A stretch of 64,000 bases of DNA from the human T2T-CHM13v2.0 reference genome, Homo sapiens, in the NCBI RefSeq assembly GCF_009914755.1, contig NC_060935.1; one strand, written 5' to 3'. A program made the translations under genes and the position numbers. Below are positions 1-13,251 of the stretch, in pieces (the first letter of the stretch is position 1; each line of letters opens with the position of its first letter). The notes beneath the pieces are model-generated. The model was not told the DNA's origin and searched no databases. It saw only the letters and a list, made by a program, of their open reading frames with translations.

Positions 1-229
1 ACATGGCACTCTTCGGTGTAATTATTTTTTCAATGATTTTTTCATCTTTCAAATTTAGGTTTAAAACCTCAGATTTGAACAGAGCCCTCCAGGATCCGGT
101 CCCTGCCAAAGCCTAGACTCCTCTGTAATTCTTTGTATCAGTCTCTCGAGATTTCCTCACTCTCCCGTATAATTCAATTTGCCTTCAGAGAATTACATTT
201 CTCACCACCTCCATGTTTTCCGTATACTA

Positions 230-595
230 CCCCATTGCATGAAGTGTCCTTCACCTTCTCTTTTGCTTTTAAAATTCCTGCTAATCCTCCAAAACCTAGC
301 TCAAGAGCTACCCTCTACAAGAGTCTTCTGTGAACCCTAAACCAGCATAAGGCACCCTTCCCTTATCATCCTGTAACTCTCTACATACTTCTCCACCATA
401 CAGCTTATTAAATCCTTAAGTTGCTTATTGTACTGATCTATCTGCCACCATGACTTTGTGCTTTACAAGACTGACTGTGTATTTTAGTTCATTCCTGCAC
501 TTTTCTTACTTAGCGAACTGTCTGCTATAGTAGGCAACTAATTAATGTTTAATGAATGGATAATGAAAAAACAAATGAATCCTGGAATGAATAAT
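230..595 (+). mobile_element. L2 LINE 3' end fragment
   Basis: Degenerate L2 terminus: tgtctgctatagtaggcaactaattaatgtttaatgaatggataatgaa; 5' boundary approximate. Confidence 0.55.
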
Positions 596-1502
596 CAAGG
601 CAGTAGTACCTGTGAGGATGGACTCTTAGCAGCAAAGTTTAGGAGAGTATGAAATAGTTGACAAAAAGAGGTCAGGCATCACTGATGAACAGAACAAGGG
701 GATACACAAAGAAAGAGTGACTCACCAGACGCATGGATGAGACACCGCTGAGTCCCCATGCTGTAATACAACTTGGTTAAATCCCAGCTACCAAACTTGA
801 GGTTGTTGTGGGAATAGAAGGAGAAATTATTTGTATTTAGCAGGTTACAAATCAATTGATTCAACTCTGGAGGGAAAAAGGGATTGAGAATTTGCCTATG
901 ATAAAGCTGTGACTTATAAATTGGGTTTTGTTTTTTTTTTTTCCCCCTCTCTGAGGTTCTCTTGAAACCCTGTACTCTTTTGAAAAGGTTTTGCAACAAG
1001 CTGAATTGCTAAAAGCTGCACTCAGAGACTGTTTCACTGTCACTGGAATGAATTACTCCTTCACGAATTTTGTACCCAGAGAACATCTCTTTCTCTTTGG
1101 AGCTCTTCTGGGTATTGATTTTGACTCAAATGTATCTTACCAAAATAAAAACGAAGGAAAGCTTCCAATCAATTTTTGTTTTAGTTGAAAGCATACAGCT
1201 TTTCAAAATAGATTTTTTTTCCCAATGGTGCAGAATACAGAAGGCAAAGAAGGCCTGGGATTGGGAATTTTGATTCTTCTGAAATTTATCCCTTTGTTTA
1301 CATATCCATCTTTCCCAAGTCCTTAAGTAGCACTGTTATTTTTCTCTATTCTGGTGTGATTGGCTATACTTTGCTCCTAGAAGATGCCCAGTAAATAACA
1401 GTCAAACAGAATTAAAATAATGACAGCTATAACGATGCAGTAGAACTAAGTTTTAGAAATAATTAAGAAAGGCATAGCCTACTTTCCTTAAAAATTGGCA
1501 CA

Positions 1503-1750
1503 TTTAGAACATAAACTCTGAAGCTTCACTGTCTAGGTTCAGGATCTAGCTCAACCACTTACCAGGTTTGTGATCTCGGACAAGGTACTTATATCTCTCT
1601 CCGTAGCCTTGTCTGTAAAATGGGAAGGGAAACAGTATCTACCTCATAATGCTCTTGTGAGAATTAAATGAACTAATACATGTAAAATGCTTAGAACAGG
1701 GTGAGTATATATTAAGACCAATGTAGATACTAGATATTTTTATTATTATA
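1503..1750 (+). mobile_element. MIR SINE
   Basis: MIR core tctgtaaaatggg...acctcata...ttgtgagaattaaatgaactaatacatgtaaaatgcttagaacag with tattattat tail. Confidence 0.75.
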
Positions 1751-2309
1751 GAACTCTCCCCCTACTTTTATGTGCTATTTTTTTCTAGAAATTGTAGCTA
1801 AAATGAGAATGTTGAATATCTAGACTTACGTATTAATAAGTTTGTTAAACAAAACTTATAAACTAAGTATGTATTACCTCCTCTTTGGATTGGTGAAATA
1901 ATAAGTGGGTTTGTGTACAAGAAAGTCACATAAAACAATGGCGGCTCAAAGATTATAAGCGATCAAAGATAACCAAATTAAAGCAATTTGAATTTAAATT
2001 GGGATCAGTGAAAGTTAAATTAGTTTAGGCTATCCATTAACCTTTTCTTTACTTCATTCTGTGTTGAATCTTATAGTCTGCAAATATACCGTCTGAGTCA
2101 TTGTTATGTAGTAAAGAAAGCAAAGGCCATGAAACTTATATGAACCTGGCCTGGAATTTTGCCTCCGCAGCTTTTTATGAATGTAGGCATAGCATGAATT
2201 TTCTCTATACCTCATTTTTCTCAATTATATTAATAATAAGGTCATTACAGTAATATGATTAACTACAATGTAAGGGATGACTTTTAGACACACACACACT
2301 ATATACATA

Positions 2310-3481
2310 CAGTCATGTGCCACATAATGTTTCAGTCGATGATGGAACACAGATATGACAGTGGTCCCATAAGATCATAATGGAGCAGAAAAATTCCTAT
2401 GGCCTGGTGACATGGTAGCCATAGTAATATCATAGCACAACACATTACTTACATGTTTGTGGTGATGCTGGTGTAAAAGTATAGCACATACAATTAGGTA
2501 CAGTGCATAGTGATAATAATACAAACTACATGCTACTGGTTTATGTATTCACTATTTATATTTTATTACTGTTTTAGAGTATACTCAATTTATTTATTTT
2601 TTAAATAGTTAACTGTAAAACAGCCTCAGGCTATTCCAGAAGAAGGCATTGTTATCATAGGAGATGACAGTTAAATATGTATTATGGACCCTGAAGGCCT
2701 TCTAGTGGGATGAGATGTAAAGGTGGAAGACAATGATATTGATTATCCTACCCTGTGTATGGCTAGGCTAATGTAGGTGTGTCTTAATTTTTAACAAAAA
2801 AATTTCAAATGTAAATGAAAAACAAAAAATTAAAAAATAGAAAAAGCTTATAAAAAAAGATATAAAGAAAGAAAATATTTTTGTACAACTGCACAATGTA
2901 TTTGTGTTTAAGCTAAGTGTTATTACAAAGGAGTCAAAGAGTTAAAAATATTAAAAAGTTTATAAAGTAAAAAAATTACAGTAAGCTAACATTAATTTAT
3001 TATTGAAGAAAGAAATTTATTTTTATAAACATAGTGTAGTCTAAGCATACAGTGTTTATGAAGTCTACAGTATTGTATAGTTATGTCTTAAGCCTTCACA
3101 TTCACTCACCACTCACTCACCGACCCTCCCAGAGCAATTTCCGGTTCTGCCAGCTCCATTCATATAAATGCCTTATACAGGTTTACCATTTTTAAACCTT
3201 TTATATCATATTTTTACTGTATCTTTTCTATGCTTAGATATATTTAGATGCACAAATACTTACTATTGTGTTACAACTGCCTAAACTATTTGGTACAGTA
3301 ACATGCTATACAGATTTTTAACCAGGAGCCATAGGCTATGTGATACCACATAGCCTAGGTGTGTAGCTGGCTATACCATCTGTGTTTGTGTCAGTACACT
3401 TTATGATGTTTGCACAACAGTGAAATGGCCCAATGCAGCATTTCTCAGAATGTATTCCCATCATTAAGTAATGCATGACTG
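2310..3481. mobile_element. Tigger3b (TcMar-Tigger) non-autonomous DNA transposon, near full length
   Basis: Terminal inverted repeats CAGTCATG...CATGACTG with TA on both sides (2308-2309, 3482-3483); internal sequence matches Tigger3b (gtggtcccataagat, gaaggcattgttatcataggagatgacag). Confidence 0.92.
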
Positions 3482-3539
3482 TATTTTCATACATGCACAT
3501 ATTTATAGACACTGGCATCAAACAGTACATCATCACAAC

Positions 3540-3696
3540 AATTATTATTATTTCAGTTTTACAGGTCCTCTCACCAACGTGTCACTTTAAGCAATTTGTC
3601 AAAGTCACATAGTTTAGAATAAGTGGCAGATCTAGAATCTGGACCCCAATATTTTCGCTATAAAGCCGTGATCTTCTGCTTTACCATGCTGCCTCT
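3540..3696 (-). mobile_element. MIR SINE fragment
   Basis: Reverse MIR: cagttttacagg...aagcaatttgtcaaagtcacatag...agtggcagatctagaatctggacccc...accatgctgcctct. Confidence 0.65.
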
Positions 3697-5129
3697 TATT
3701 ACACAACTGATTTGAGTATTTAGTGCAGTAATATACAAAATATCTAGTATGAGGTCCAGCATATGATAAGTTCCTGATAAATATTACTTACTAGATTTCC
3801 TTGTAAAAATGATGGTGATGACAGCAATAGTGATAATAAAAATAATTTTATGAGGCATTTATCATCTATATTTTATGTGGTTTACTTTTATTAACTCACC
3901 TAATTTTCACCACAGTCCTAGGAAGGCAACATTGTTATTAGCCTCATTTTAAAGATTAAAGAGAGAGAAAGAGGTTGGCTGGAGAGAGAGAGAGATGGGG
4001 TTGGGGTGCAGGAGAGGTTGAAACTTTTCCAGGACTACCTAAGACTTAATTCTAAGAATATATGTTTATCCATATTCAGCAACCACCTGGTTTATAAATG
4101 TTTCAAAAAACACCTTGCCTCTTGAAGAGTGATTCTATTTTTCCTGTTTTCTAATACTTTATTCTGAAACAACTACTTATACCATGTGTATATTGCTTAA
4201 AATTATCAATCATACTGCTCTTTCTTTTTTATCCTAGCAAAGGAGTTTTATCCCAGTCTCTATTTAAAAAGGAAAAATTAGATAAGAAATTTCAGCAACA
4301 GGGCTAAAGTTTATTCTTCCATAATGTAGTTATCTTTAGAAAAGAAATTATGTAAGCATTGGGTCTAGGATGGAGCAACAGATTAGCTTTTGAGTCCTTG
4401 AACTATAGGGTACTTCATGATTAGTTTAACTTGTCAGACATTCTGAAGACACATCTCTCCCACTTTTAAAGTAGATAATCTTGCCCTTTCCTCTTGTTCA
4501 CTTTATTTTGCCTTCTATCTGTGTGTGGTGGATTGGAAAGAGGTTTTATGCTCTATATGGCAAAATTATTTGCAAGATGCTATGCGAATGTGATACTAAT
4601 GCTGACTGAGCTCATACCAATGGTCAGCTGGGGGAAAAAACAGCTTTCTTCCTTTCTCATTTATTGCAAGGAACACTTCTCTATGCTGGTGCTAAGCTGT
4701 TCACTCATCATTGAAATGTAACAAGCGGGCCATTGAATATGCTTCTTGAATCCTCATTTAAAAAAAAAATCAATGGTTGTCATTTTGCAATGGGGATTAA
4801 GACCTAATTCATGTCTAACGTCTGTTGCTTGACTAGGTGACTGGATGTATGAGAGTTGAATTACTGATATATTTCAAGTAAATGGAATACCAAATTTCCT
4901 GACTTCTTGAGAATAGCCACACAACTAAATCATGTTCTCTATACAAATTTCCTTGGAAAGTTGTACACAAATCCAAATATGGAAACAAAAAAGGTGATAA
5001 TAAGGCTAGGTTAGGTATATATTTACTCAACATAAAGCAATTTCACTCTTGCTATTAATTGGACCCTGTGCAGTATAGAGAATTCCTGAGCTTCTAGTTT
5101 TTATCTATTTAAAATAAAAGAAAGAGGAC

Positions 5130-5501
5130 CGTCTTAGTTTCTATGGGATGCTGTAACTAAATACCTTACACTGGATGATTCACAAATAACATAAATTCAT
5201 TGTTCACACTTCGGCAGGCTTGGAAGTCCATAATCAAGGCACCAGCAGATTCAGGGTCTGGTGTGGGATCGCTCTCTGCTTCAAAGGTAGCACCTTCTCA
5301 GTGAATCCTCACGTGGCGAAAGGGACAAACAAGTTCCCTTTGACTTCTTTTATAAAGGCGCTATTCCCATTGGTGAGGAAAGGGCTTTCGTGATCTAATT
5401 ACCTTCCAAAAGCCTGATCTCTTAATATCATCACCTTGGAGCTTAGGTTTCAACACATGCATTTTTTTTTTGGTGGGAGCACAAACATTCAGACTATAGC
5501 A
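5130..5501 (-). mobile_element. MLT1A-family MaLR solo LTR
   Basis: Reverse-strand LTR ends gtcttagttt... and ...acaaacattcagactatagca; internal ggaagtccataatcaaggcaccagcagattc. Confidence 0.85.
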
Positions 5502-5559
5502 AGAATTATAACACTGAATTTCAATAACAATACATGGGGATAATATGAAAAAAGAAAAA

Positions 5560-5880
5560 GAAATATATATAGATTCCTAATATATATTATATATATATGT
5601 ATATCTCTTTTTCTTTGAAAATGAGTACCAGGAACTTATATATAATATATATATTATATATATATATTTTCCTTATATACAATATATATTATATGAATAT
5701 ATATTATATATAAATATATAATATATACAATTATTCCTTATATATTACATATATAAATATATATAATATATATTCCTAATCAAGGAGTATATATTTTATA
5801 TATATAATAAGAAATATATATATATATATAATGTATATATAATAAGAAATATATATATATATAATGTATATTCCTAATCA
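5560..5880. repeat. AT-rich low-complexity (TA)n tract containing templated copies of flanks
   Basis: (TA)n-rich; internal tandem unit atataataagaaatatatatatatataatgt twice; inverted flank copies (see findings). Confidence 0.9.
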
Positions 5881-6769
5881 AGTTCCTGGTACTCATTTCA
5901 TGCTTAGTAGAGAGGGCTAAGTAGGCAAATACTAAATTAAATGAGAAATAGATCCTGTCCTTGAGTTAACAGTCTAGAAGGCCATACAGACATCTCAAGG
6001 AGAGGTGATTAATCTATGACTGAAAATTATTAAACATATTTCCCAAATATATCCATCTCGCCAGTGTCCTGAGGTCAAACCTGGAACCCCTTCTTAGCCA
6101 TCAAGCTGCTTCCATCTATATATTTTCCACAAATGGATAAAAAGCTTCTCTTCATCCCATATGTATCACTTAAAACATTTCACTGAAGCTTTTTCATCTG
6201 AAGTTTGTACATACATATTAATGTAATAGATTTTTCTCCTCCTGCTCCCTTTACAGCTCTTATTACAGAGGGAAAAATGAGTATTCTTTCTAATATTGCT
6301 GATGAAGTTCTAAAAAGCTAGTCACTCTTTATAGGTCATTCTGGTAGCTGTTTATTTGCTAAATGGTTTGATGTTGGCACCATTTTCAGATCTGCAGACT
6401 TAGAAAAGTCACTTAACCTGCCCAGAAAGGACTCAGCTTCATAAAATAGAAAGTATAATATATATTTTACGAGTATTTTGAAGACAATATGAACTAATGA
6501 AGGGAAAAGCTCCTAGATGCAGTATCTGGCTCAAGTTATTTGGACAGTCAGACTATATATTAATTAATTGAATTTACAAATTTTAATCAAGAAACAGTTA
6601 TGAGGTATAAACATGTACCAGAATGTGAAAATAAATACATCGAGAGAAATGATACTTGTAAATTAATGTGTGGTGTATTAAAATAAAGTTAAATATATTT
6701 TCAAAACTTTATACTTCATTTAGAAAGAAACATCACATTGTTTCAGGAGGGTATATCAAGGTTATCAGC

Positions 6770-7212
6770 TGTATCAGCAAGGGTCCTGGCAGGAAGAACA
6801 TGGTGCCTTCAAACTGTATAATTTAAGGAGAGTTTAAATAAAGGGCTATTTAATGGTTTTAAGGAAACTAACCCGAGACAGTGCAGTTTATCAATGCTAG
6901 TAACCCTGAGGAGTCTTTACCACCCATGAATAGACAAGTGGAAGGAATGCTCCTAGACCCTGGAGAGGGGAGCTATGTGGGGAGGGCTGTGCAGTAGAGA
7001 GTGGCTAACAGTGTGGGATATAGGTAACCATGGTGATGTGACCTTACTCTTCACCTACTCTCACACCTCCTGCCAGTGCTGACCACTAGCTGAACCCAAA
7101 CCAACATTGAAAGACAAGGGAAATGCATACCTGACAGTCTCCTGGGAACCAGAGCAGGGTGGAGAAAGGTGAACATTGGGTCTGGAGGGGCAAATGAAAG
7201 ATAACCAGGACA
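6770..7212 (-). mobile_element. LTR33 (ERVL) solo LTR
   Basis: Reverse of LTR33 5' end: cagagcagggtggagaaaggt...ggtctggaggggcaaatgaaagataaccaggaca; other end tgtatcagcaagggtcctggcaggaag. Confidence 0.7.
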
Positions 7213-8921
7213 GAAGAGGAGGGTCAGCAACACAAATAAAGAAATGGCCATAATGCATTGGAATGTACATGAAAGTAGGGGATATTTTAAATATCATAAG
7301 GACAAAGATAAAGACAACTTAAATATGTGTTTCTCAAGATTATCTTCTGCTCATTGTTCATGGTTTCACATCCTTGGGGCTTTCCAGCTGTTTACTTCTG
7401 AAATGTTATAACAGCCCTTGACTGTGATAAAAAAAAAAAAATCTTTACTTCTGGTCTTATATCTCTTGATTTGCCTACAATTTAAAGACCCAAAGACTAC
7501 GCTATTGTCCCAACCTGAATGATCCCATGTGATGTTTGAGAAGTTACTTACTTTTTCTGGAACTCAGGTGAGACCACCTATAAAACAATGACCTGAATGC
7601 ATTGGTCTCTAAGACAGATTCAGCTTCTAGGATTCTGTGCTCAAATGTATGGCTGAGACAGCTGCAGGCAGGAAAGGTTCTAAACCCTAGGGTAAATATG
7701 ATAAACTTTGCTCAACTGGGCTAATATTAGATAGAGGTGGTAAAAAGTGAAGTTCTGCCCGTTAGCATCCTTCATATAGGTTTGGTGATTTTAAGTGACC
7801 AAAATTTTGTCTGCACTAAGTCATCCATGCAGATAAATTCTAAGGATAATAAATACAATAAAAAATCACTGTAGTCCTCCATTTAGATACCTTTCTACAG
7901 TTAACATATTGCTGGTGTGAGTTTTCCTATATTGCTCTCCTCAGGCCATCTTTCAATTCATGTAGGAGACAACTAGAATTAAGTCTCCAATTAAATTTTT
8001 AAAAGAGACCGCATCAAATGCTTTGGTAAAATCAACACTTACATCATTAACACAACCTTAATTATGCTGTCCCCTAACAGAAGGTTAGTATATCCTACAG
8101 GCTGTTGTGTAATCTTTCACGGATATGCTTTTGGCTTTTGTTCTGAACATAGTTTCAATGAGTGATTTCAAAGGCAGGCACTGGGACATGAGCTCTTACC
8201 CACTTGATCTCACTGATTCAGAACAGCCCAGTGAGAAAAGATATAAACTTTTCCATTTATAGATGAGCACCCTGAGTCCTTCTTTCCTTTGCACATGATG
8301 TTGTTTTCGTCCAGAGATGCCCTTCTCTCCAATTTCTTTAAGTGATCTGCTCCCTATTCATCTTTCAAAACTTAACACAAGTATTACCATCTTAGCAGGT
8401 CCCGAGGAGAGGCAGTGTGGACTGGTGCTTTAGAGAGGGGGATTTGGAGCTAACAATGCTTGCATGTGAACATGAACCCTGACATTTACTAGCTGTGTGT
8501 CCTTGGTCACATGATTTAACTTTTATGCTCTCCAGGGATCCCATCTAAAATGTGGGAACACTTGAAATACACAATGCATTTATCCTCCTTTGTACATAGA
8601 TGAGTTATTTGTGAAAAAAAAAAGCCTTTTAAAAGAGGTGAAATGTTCTTCTTTCCAATTTTTTTTTTTCCTGCTGACTGGAAAGTTGAAGTAATGACTA
8701 GATCTATAACTACTATGTTACATAATGAGGCATCTGCCCATGAAACAAAACACCAAAATAATATAGAAGACAAAATGGAATTATTCCAGGCCTTCATCAT
8801 TGTGGTCAATCTATCTCTGGACAACCATGTAAATGACAGAGAAAACAAATAAAATATCTACCTTATTTAATCCGAAAATCTATTCATATAATTAAGAAAG
8901 GAGAAAGATAATCAGGGCTAA

Positions 8922-9684
8922 TCACTGGCCATCAGAGAAATCCAAATCAAAACCACAATGAGATACCATCTCACACCAGTTAGAATGGCAATCATTATAA
9001 AGGCAGGAAACAACAGGTGCTGGAGAGGATGTGGAGAAATAGGAATACTTTTACACTGTTGGTGGGACTGTAAGCTAGTTCAACCATTATGGAAGACAGT
9101 GTGGCGATTCCGCAAGGATCTGGAACTAGAAATACCATTTGACCCAGCCATCTCATTACTGGGTATATACCCAAAGGATTATAAATCATGCTGCTATAAA
9201 GACACATGCACACATATGTTTATTGCGGCACTATTCACAATAGTGAAGACTTGGAACCAACCCAAATGTCCAGCAATGATAGACTGGATTAAGAAAATGT
9301 GGCACATATACACCATGGAATACTATGCAGCCATAAAAAAGGATGAGTTCATGTCCTTCGTAGGGACATGGATGAAGCTGGAAACCATCATTCTCAGCAA
9401 ACTATCACAAGGACAGAAAACCAAACACCACATGTTCTCACTCATAGGTGGGAATTCAACAATGAGAACACATGGACACAGGAAGGGGAACATCACACAC
9501 TGGGGCCTGTCGTGGGGTGGGGGGAGGGGGGAGGGATAGCATTAGGAGATATACCTAATGTAAATGACGAGTTAATGGGTGCAGCACACCAATATGGCAC
9601 ATGTATACATATGTAACAAACCTGCACGTTGTGCACACGTACCCTAGAACTTAAAGTATAATAATTAAAAATAATTTAAAAAAA
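8922..9684 (+). mobile_element. 5'-truncated L1PA (L1PA4/5-like): ORF2 C-terminus, 3'UTR and A-tail
   Basis: ORF 8958-9539 is L1 ORF2p C-terminus ([10 protein letters not shown]...[14 protein letters not shown]); perfect 20-bp TSD agaaagataatcagggctaa at 8902-8921 and 9685-9704. Confidence 0.96.
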
Positions 9685-10924
9685 AGAAAGATAATCAGGG
9701 CTAAATGTACATGCAGGAATGAAGAATGTTCATTTGTCTTGGGTTCACTTCTGTTGAATTATTGAGGATCAGGAACACACTCACATGCCTCGATGAAGCT
9801 TATACCCATATGCACTTGGGTCTCAGCACTGCCTAGAAGGCCCAGCATCCCGGGATCTTTATTTTCCTACTCAAACTTCTTTCTTTTCTTCAGATTAAAC
9901 TTAGCTGATTCCACCGTATTCCTGAGCAGAACAGGTTATCTAGCCCCCTTGCAAACGATCAGAGGACCTATCCATTTTCTTGCAGCTCTTATCAATTTAG
10001 AATTAAAGTGTGTTTACATCTGTGTCTTCTACCAGAGCGTGAACACTATGGACACGGGGCCCACTGTCTGTCTCCACTGACGAACACCCAGAATTCTGCA
10101 AGATGTCTGGGGAGAACATTCACTATTTGTCTCTATACTCATACATCTTTTGGGAAACTTTTTAGAATATCATATTCAAACTAAAGAAAAAGCCATTAAA
10201 ACATGTTTTAAATAAATGAATAAAAGACAGTATGCTAAATACTTTACTAGACACTGTGGAAACATTTTCTCATTTAATCCTCATGACAATCCTGTGAGGT
10301 AGACATTGTAATATAACAAATAAGAGGCCCCGAGTCATAAGGCTAACAAGTCACTGAAACTGGATTAGACCACAGGTTGGTCTATCTAATGCCCTATTTT
10401 ACTATTCTGAAGTTCTCCAGAAGGGTCACAAGAAAAAGAAATTTCAGGAAGCTACAAAATATCCCTCTCTACCTATCATCCACCATCCAAGCACAGTATC
10501 AACAGCAGAGTTTCATTTGCTTCTTCTCTCCAGAAGAATCAGATCAAGGGGCCTCCTAAGAATCAGAGTCAAAAGGGATCAACCAGTCCATGGCTTTGTG
10601 TCTATTTGATATAACAAGCTATGGAAATTCTAGTTCACTCACTGTATATAAAACTCAAATTTGGGGAAAATATATCTATTTTCCCCAAGAGATAACATAT
10701 CCTACTCTAGTAGCTATATTTGCATCTTACATAGCAGATGGAAACAAAGGATAGTGAAAAGATTAACTGGCTACTTCTGTATACCAGAAATAAAGGCATA
10801 TGTTCTTCATGGCAAGAAAGCGAATTTGTCTCAGCATCCCTTCACCGAAAGATGCCAGGTTGGCTTCAGGTTTCTTGGTTTCTTAGTCCAAATGGCGTTT
10901 TACTTTCCTTTTGTACGGTAATTT

Positions 10925-11172
10925 AGAAAGTCAAAGTTCAGCGCATTGTCTTGCTCAGTCTCAAAAACCTAACAAACACAAGCACCAAGGTACTTCTGAT
11001 TCCAAAGATCATGCATTCAGCTGTTTTATAAGCTCAATTTCTGAGTAAGACAACTGTGTCCATAAGCAAATCAAAAATAAGATTTTTAGCACTTCTCAAA
11101 TTTATGAGTTTGATAGCTCTGACCATACTCTGAGATTCTCAAGCAGGATCGAGTTTAGTATTTGTTATCCTA
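10925..11172 (-). repeat. Left arm of 248-bp inverted duplication (copy of 13004-13251)
   Basis: Base-by-base comparison with reverse complement of 13004-13251: 245/248 identical, no gaps. Confidence 0.97.
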
Positions 11173-11769
11173 GTTCAACCATTATGGAAGTCAGTGTGGC
11201 GACTCCTCAGGGATCTAGAACCGGAAATACCATTTGACCCAGCCATCCCATTACTGGGTATATACCCAAAGGACTATAAATCATGCTGCTATAAAGACAC
11301 ATGCACACGTATGTTTATTGCGGCAGTATTCACAATAGCAAAGACTTGGAACCAACCCAAATGTCCAACAATGATAGACTGGATTAAGAAAATGTGACAC
11401 ATATACACCATGGAATACTATGCAGCCATAAAAAATGATGAGTTCATGTCCTTTGTAGGGACATGGATGAAATTGGAAATCATCATTCTCAGTAAACTAT
11501 CACAAGAACAAAAAACCAAACACCGCATATTCTCACTCATAGGTGGGAACTGAACAATGAGATCACATGGACACAGGAAGGGGAATATCACACTCTGGGG
11601 ACTGTTGTGGGGTGGTGGGAGGGGGGAGGGATAGCATCGGGAGATATACCTAATGCTAGATGACGAGTTAGTGGGTGCAGCGCACCAGCATGGCACATGT
11701 ATACATATGTAACTAACCTGCACAATGTGCACATGTACCCTAAAATCTAAAAGTATAATAAAAAAAAAA
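11170..11769 (+). mobile_element. 5'-truncated L1PA2-like element (~600 bp), no conventional TSD
   Basis: Starts ctagttcaaccatt; 3'UTR tgctagatgacGAGttagtgggtgcagcgcaccagc (GAG, not Ta ACA or pre-Ta ACG); A-tail ending 11769. Confidence 0.93.
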
Positions 11770-12299
11770 GAGAGAATTAGCCTTACCTGTCCTAAGAATT
11801 CATCTCTATTGCACCCTAGCAGTGTCATGACAGTCACTTTAGTGCCTATGAGCTTCTGTGCATGCAAAGTGGTGGTATTGATCTTTATTTTATGTCTATC
11901 ACAAAGTTGTAATGACAAGAAAGTGAAACTGGAAACACCTGGGTTATAAATTAGAGACATTAAGCAAACATTATTCATGAATATGGTTATTCAAATTCTA
12001 TTTATCTTTTCGGGGTTAGCTCAAAAATCCTGTTCTTTTTGAGCCCTTCCTTGATGACTTGAAGTCACGATGATATTGCCCTTTTTGGAATTCCTACTGC
12101 ACAATACACACTTTGCAGCAATTAACTTTTTCTCTAAGTGTTTTACGTTTACTATTTGGTCCCCGCTAAACTGCACCTCAGCTCATTGCAGGTACAGATA
12201 CATCATTTCCTACCGGGCTGAATTCTTCCTCATTTCTCAGCGATGCTCAGCCCTCTCAGAAGTTCAATAAGTAAACAGTTGATATAGAGTTTAAGATTT

Positions 12300-12730
12300 A
12301 AATTAGCTTTGATGTCCAAACCCTCAGCATAGCATGCAAGGCCCAGCATAACTTTCTAGGTGTATTATTTACAATTCTTATAGCCAGTGTTCTAGTCACA
12401 ATAAAGAATCACCAACCCCTGGACACCTTATCCTTCATGCTAGCTGCCTTTGTTCAATGCTTTGTCTTTTACCAGGAAGATTCCTCCTACTCTTTCCACT
12501 TGGAAGCTCATCTTTCATCTTTTTCTGAAACAGGCACCATCGGTAGCTACCAATGCATGTTGTCAGTATGTATGCTGATGTTTCTGTCAATTAAAAGAAT
12601 TCATACATCACAATATAGTTACTTCATGTTTATCTTTTCTACTAAGCTCTGACCTTTATGAGGACAGAGACCACAGCTTTTTCATAGTTTTTTAATATCT
12701 AGCACATCACATAGCAGGTACTCAATTTTA
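12300..12730 (+). mobile_element. L2 3' fragment
   Basis: gtccaaaccctcagcatagcatgcaaggccc ... tgaggacagagaccac ... tctagcacatcacatagcaggtactcaat. Confidence 0.6.
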
Positions 12731-13003
12731 TTTTTTAATTAGTTTGATTCGATTTTTCATTCCGGACTTTAAAAAAAGTCTACGATAAACATTTTGCACC
12801 AATGCATTAGCATTTGGGTACTGACATCTTATTCTTTCTGACTGCTAAGTGTGTGTTACTGTCCCAGATTTAGGGTAACATGTGGCTTATCTTTAGGCTG
12901 ATTTATCAGATTGTTTTTCAACGAGATATGTGGCAACCAGCTGGCAGACCCTATCAGTCTGACTATTCCTGGTTCCATCCAACCCTGTTGGTTCAGGCGC
13001 CTT

Positions 13004-13251
13004 TAGGATAACAAATACTAAACTCGATCCTGCTTGAGAATCTCAGAGTATGGTCAGAGCTATCAAACTCATAAATTTGAGAAGTGCTAAAGCTCTTATT
13101 TTTGATTTGCTTATGGACACAGTTGTCTTACTCAGAAATTGAGCTTATAAAACAGCTGAATGAATGATCTTTGGAATCAGAAGTACCTTGGTGCTTGTGT
13201 TTGTTAGGTTTTTGAGACTGAGCAAGACAATGCGCTGAACTTTGACTTTCT
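13004..13251 (+). repeat. Right (donor) arm of 248-bp inverted duplication
   Basis: 245/248 identity to reverse complement of 10925-11172; its distal end lies inside a MIR that continues past 13251. Confidence 0.97.

Noticed and set aside
9510-9536. G-quadruplex-like G tract
   Set aside because: Standard L1 3'UTR polypurine tract, present in the other young L1s too.
8958-9539. Longest ORF (193 aa) as a gene
   Set aside because: L1 ORF2p C-terminus running into the 3'UTR of a truncated L1.
10925-13251. DNA transposon with 248-bp terminal inverted repeats
   Set aside because: No outer TSD or transposase, one arm cuts through a MIR, and the other is fused to an L1 5' end.
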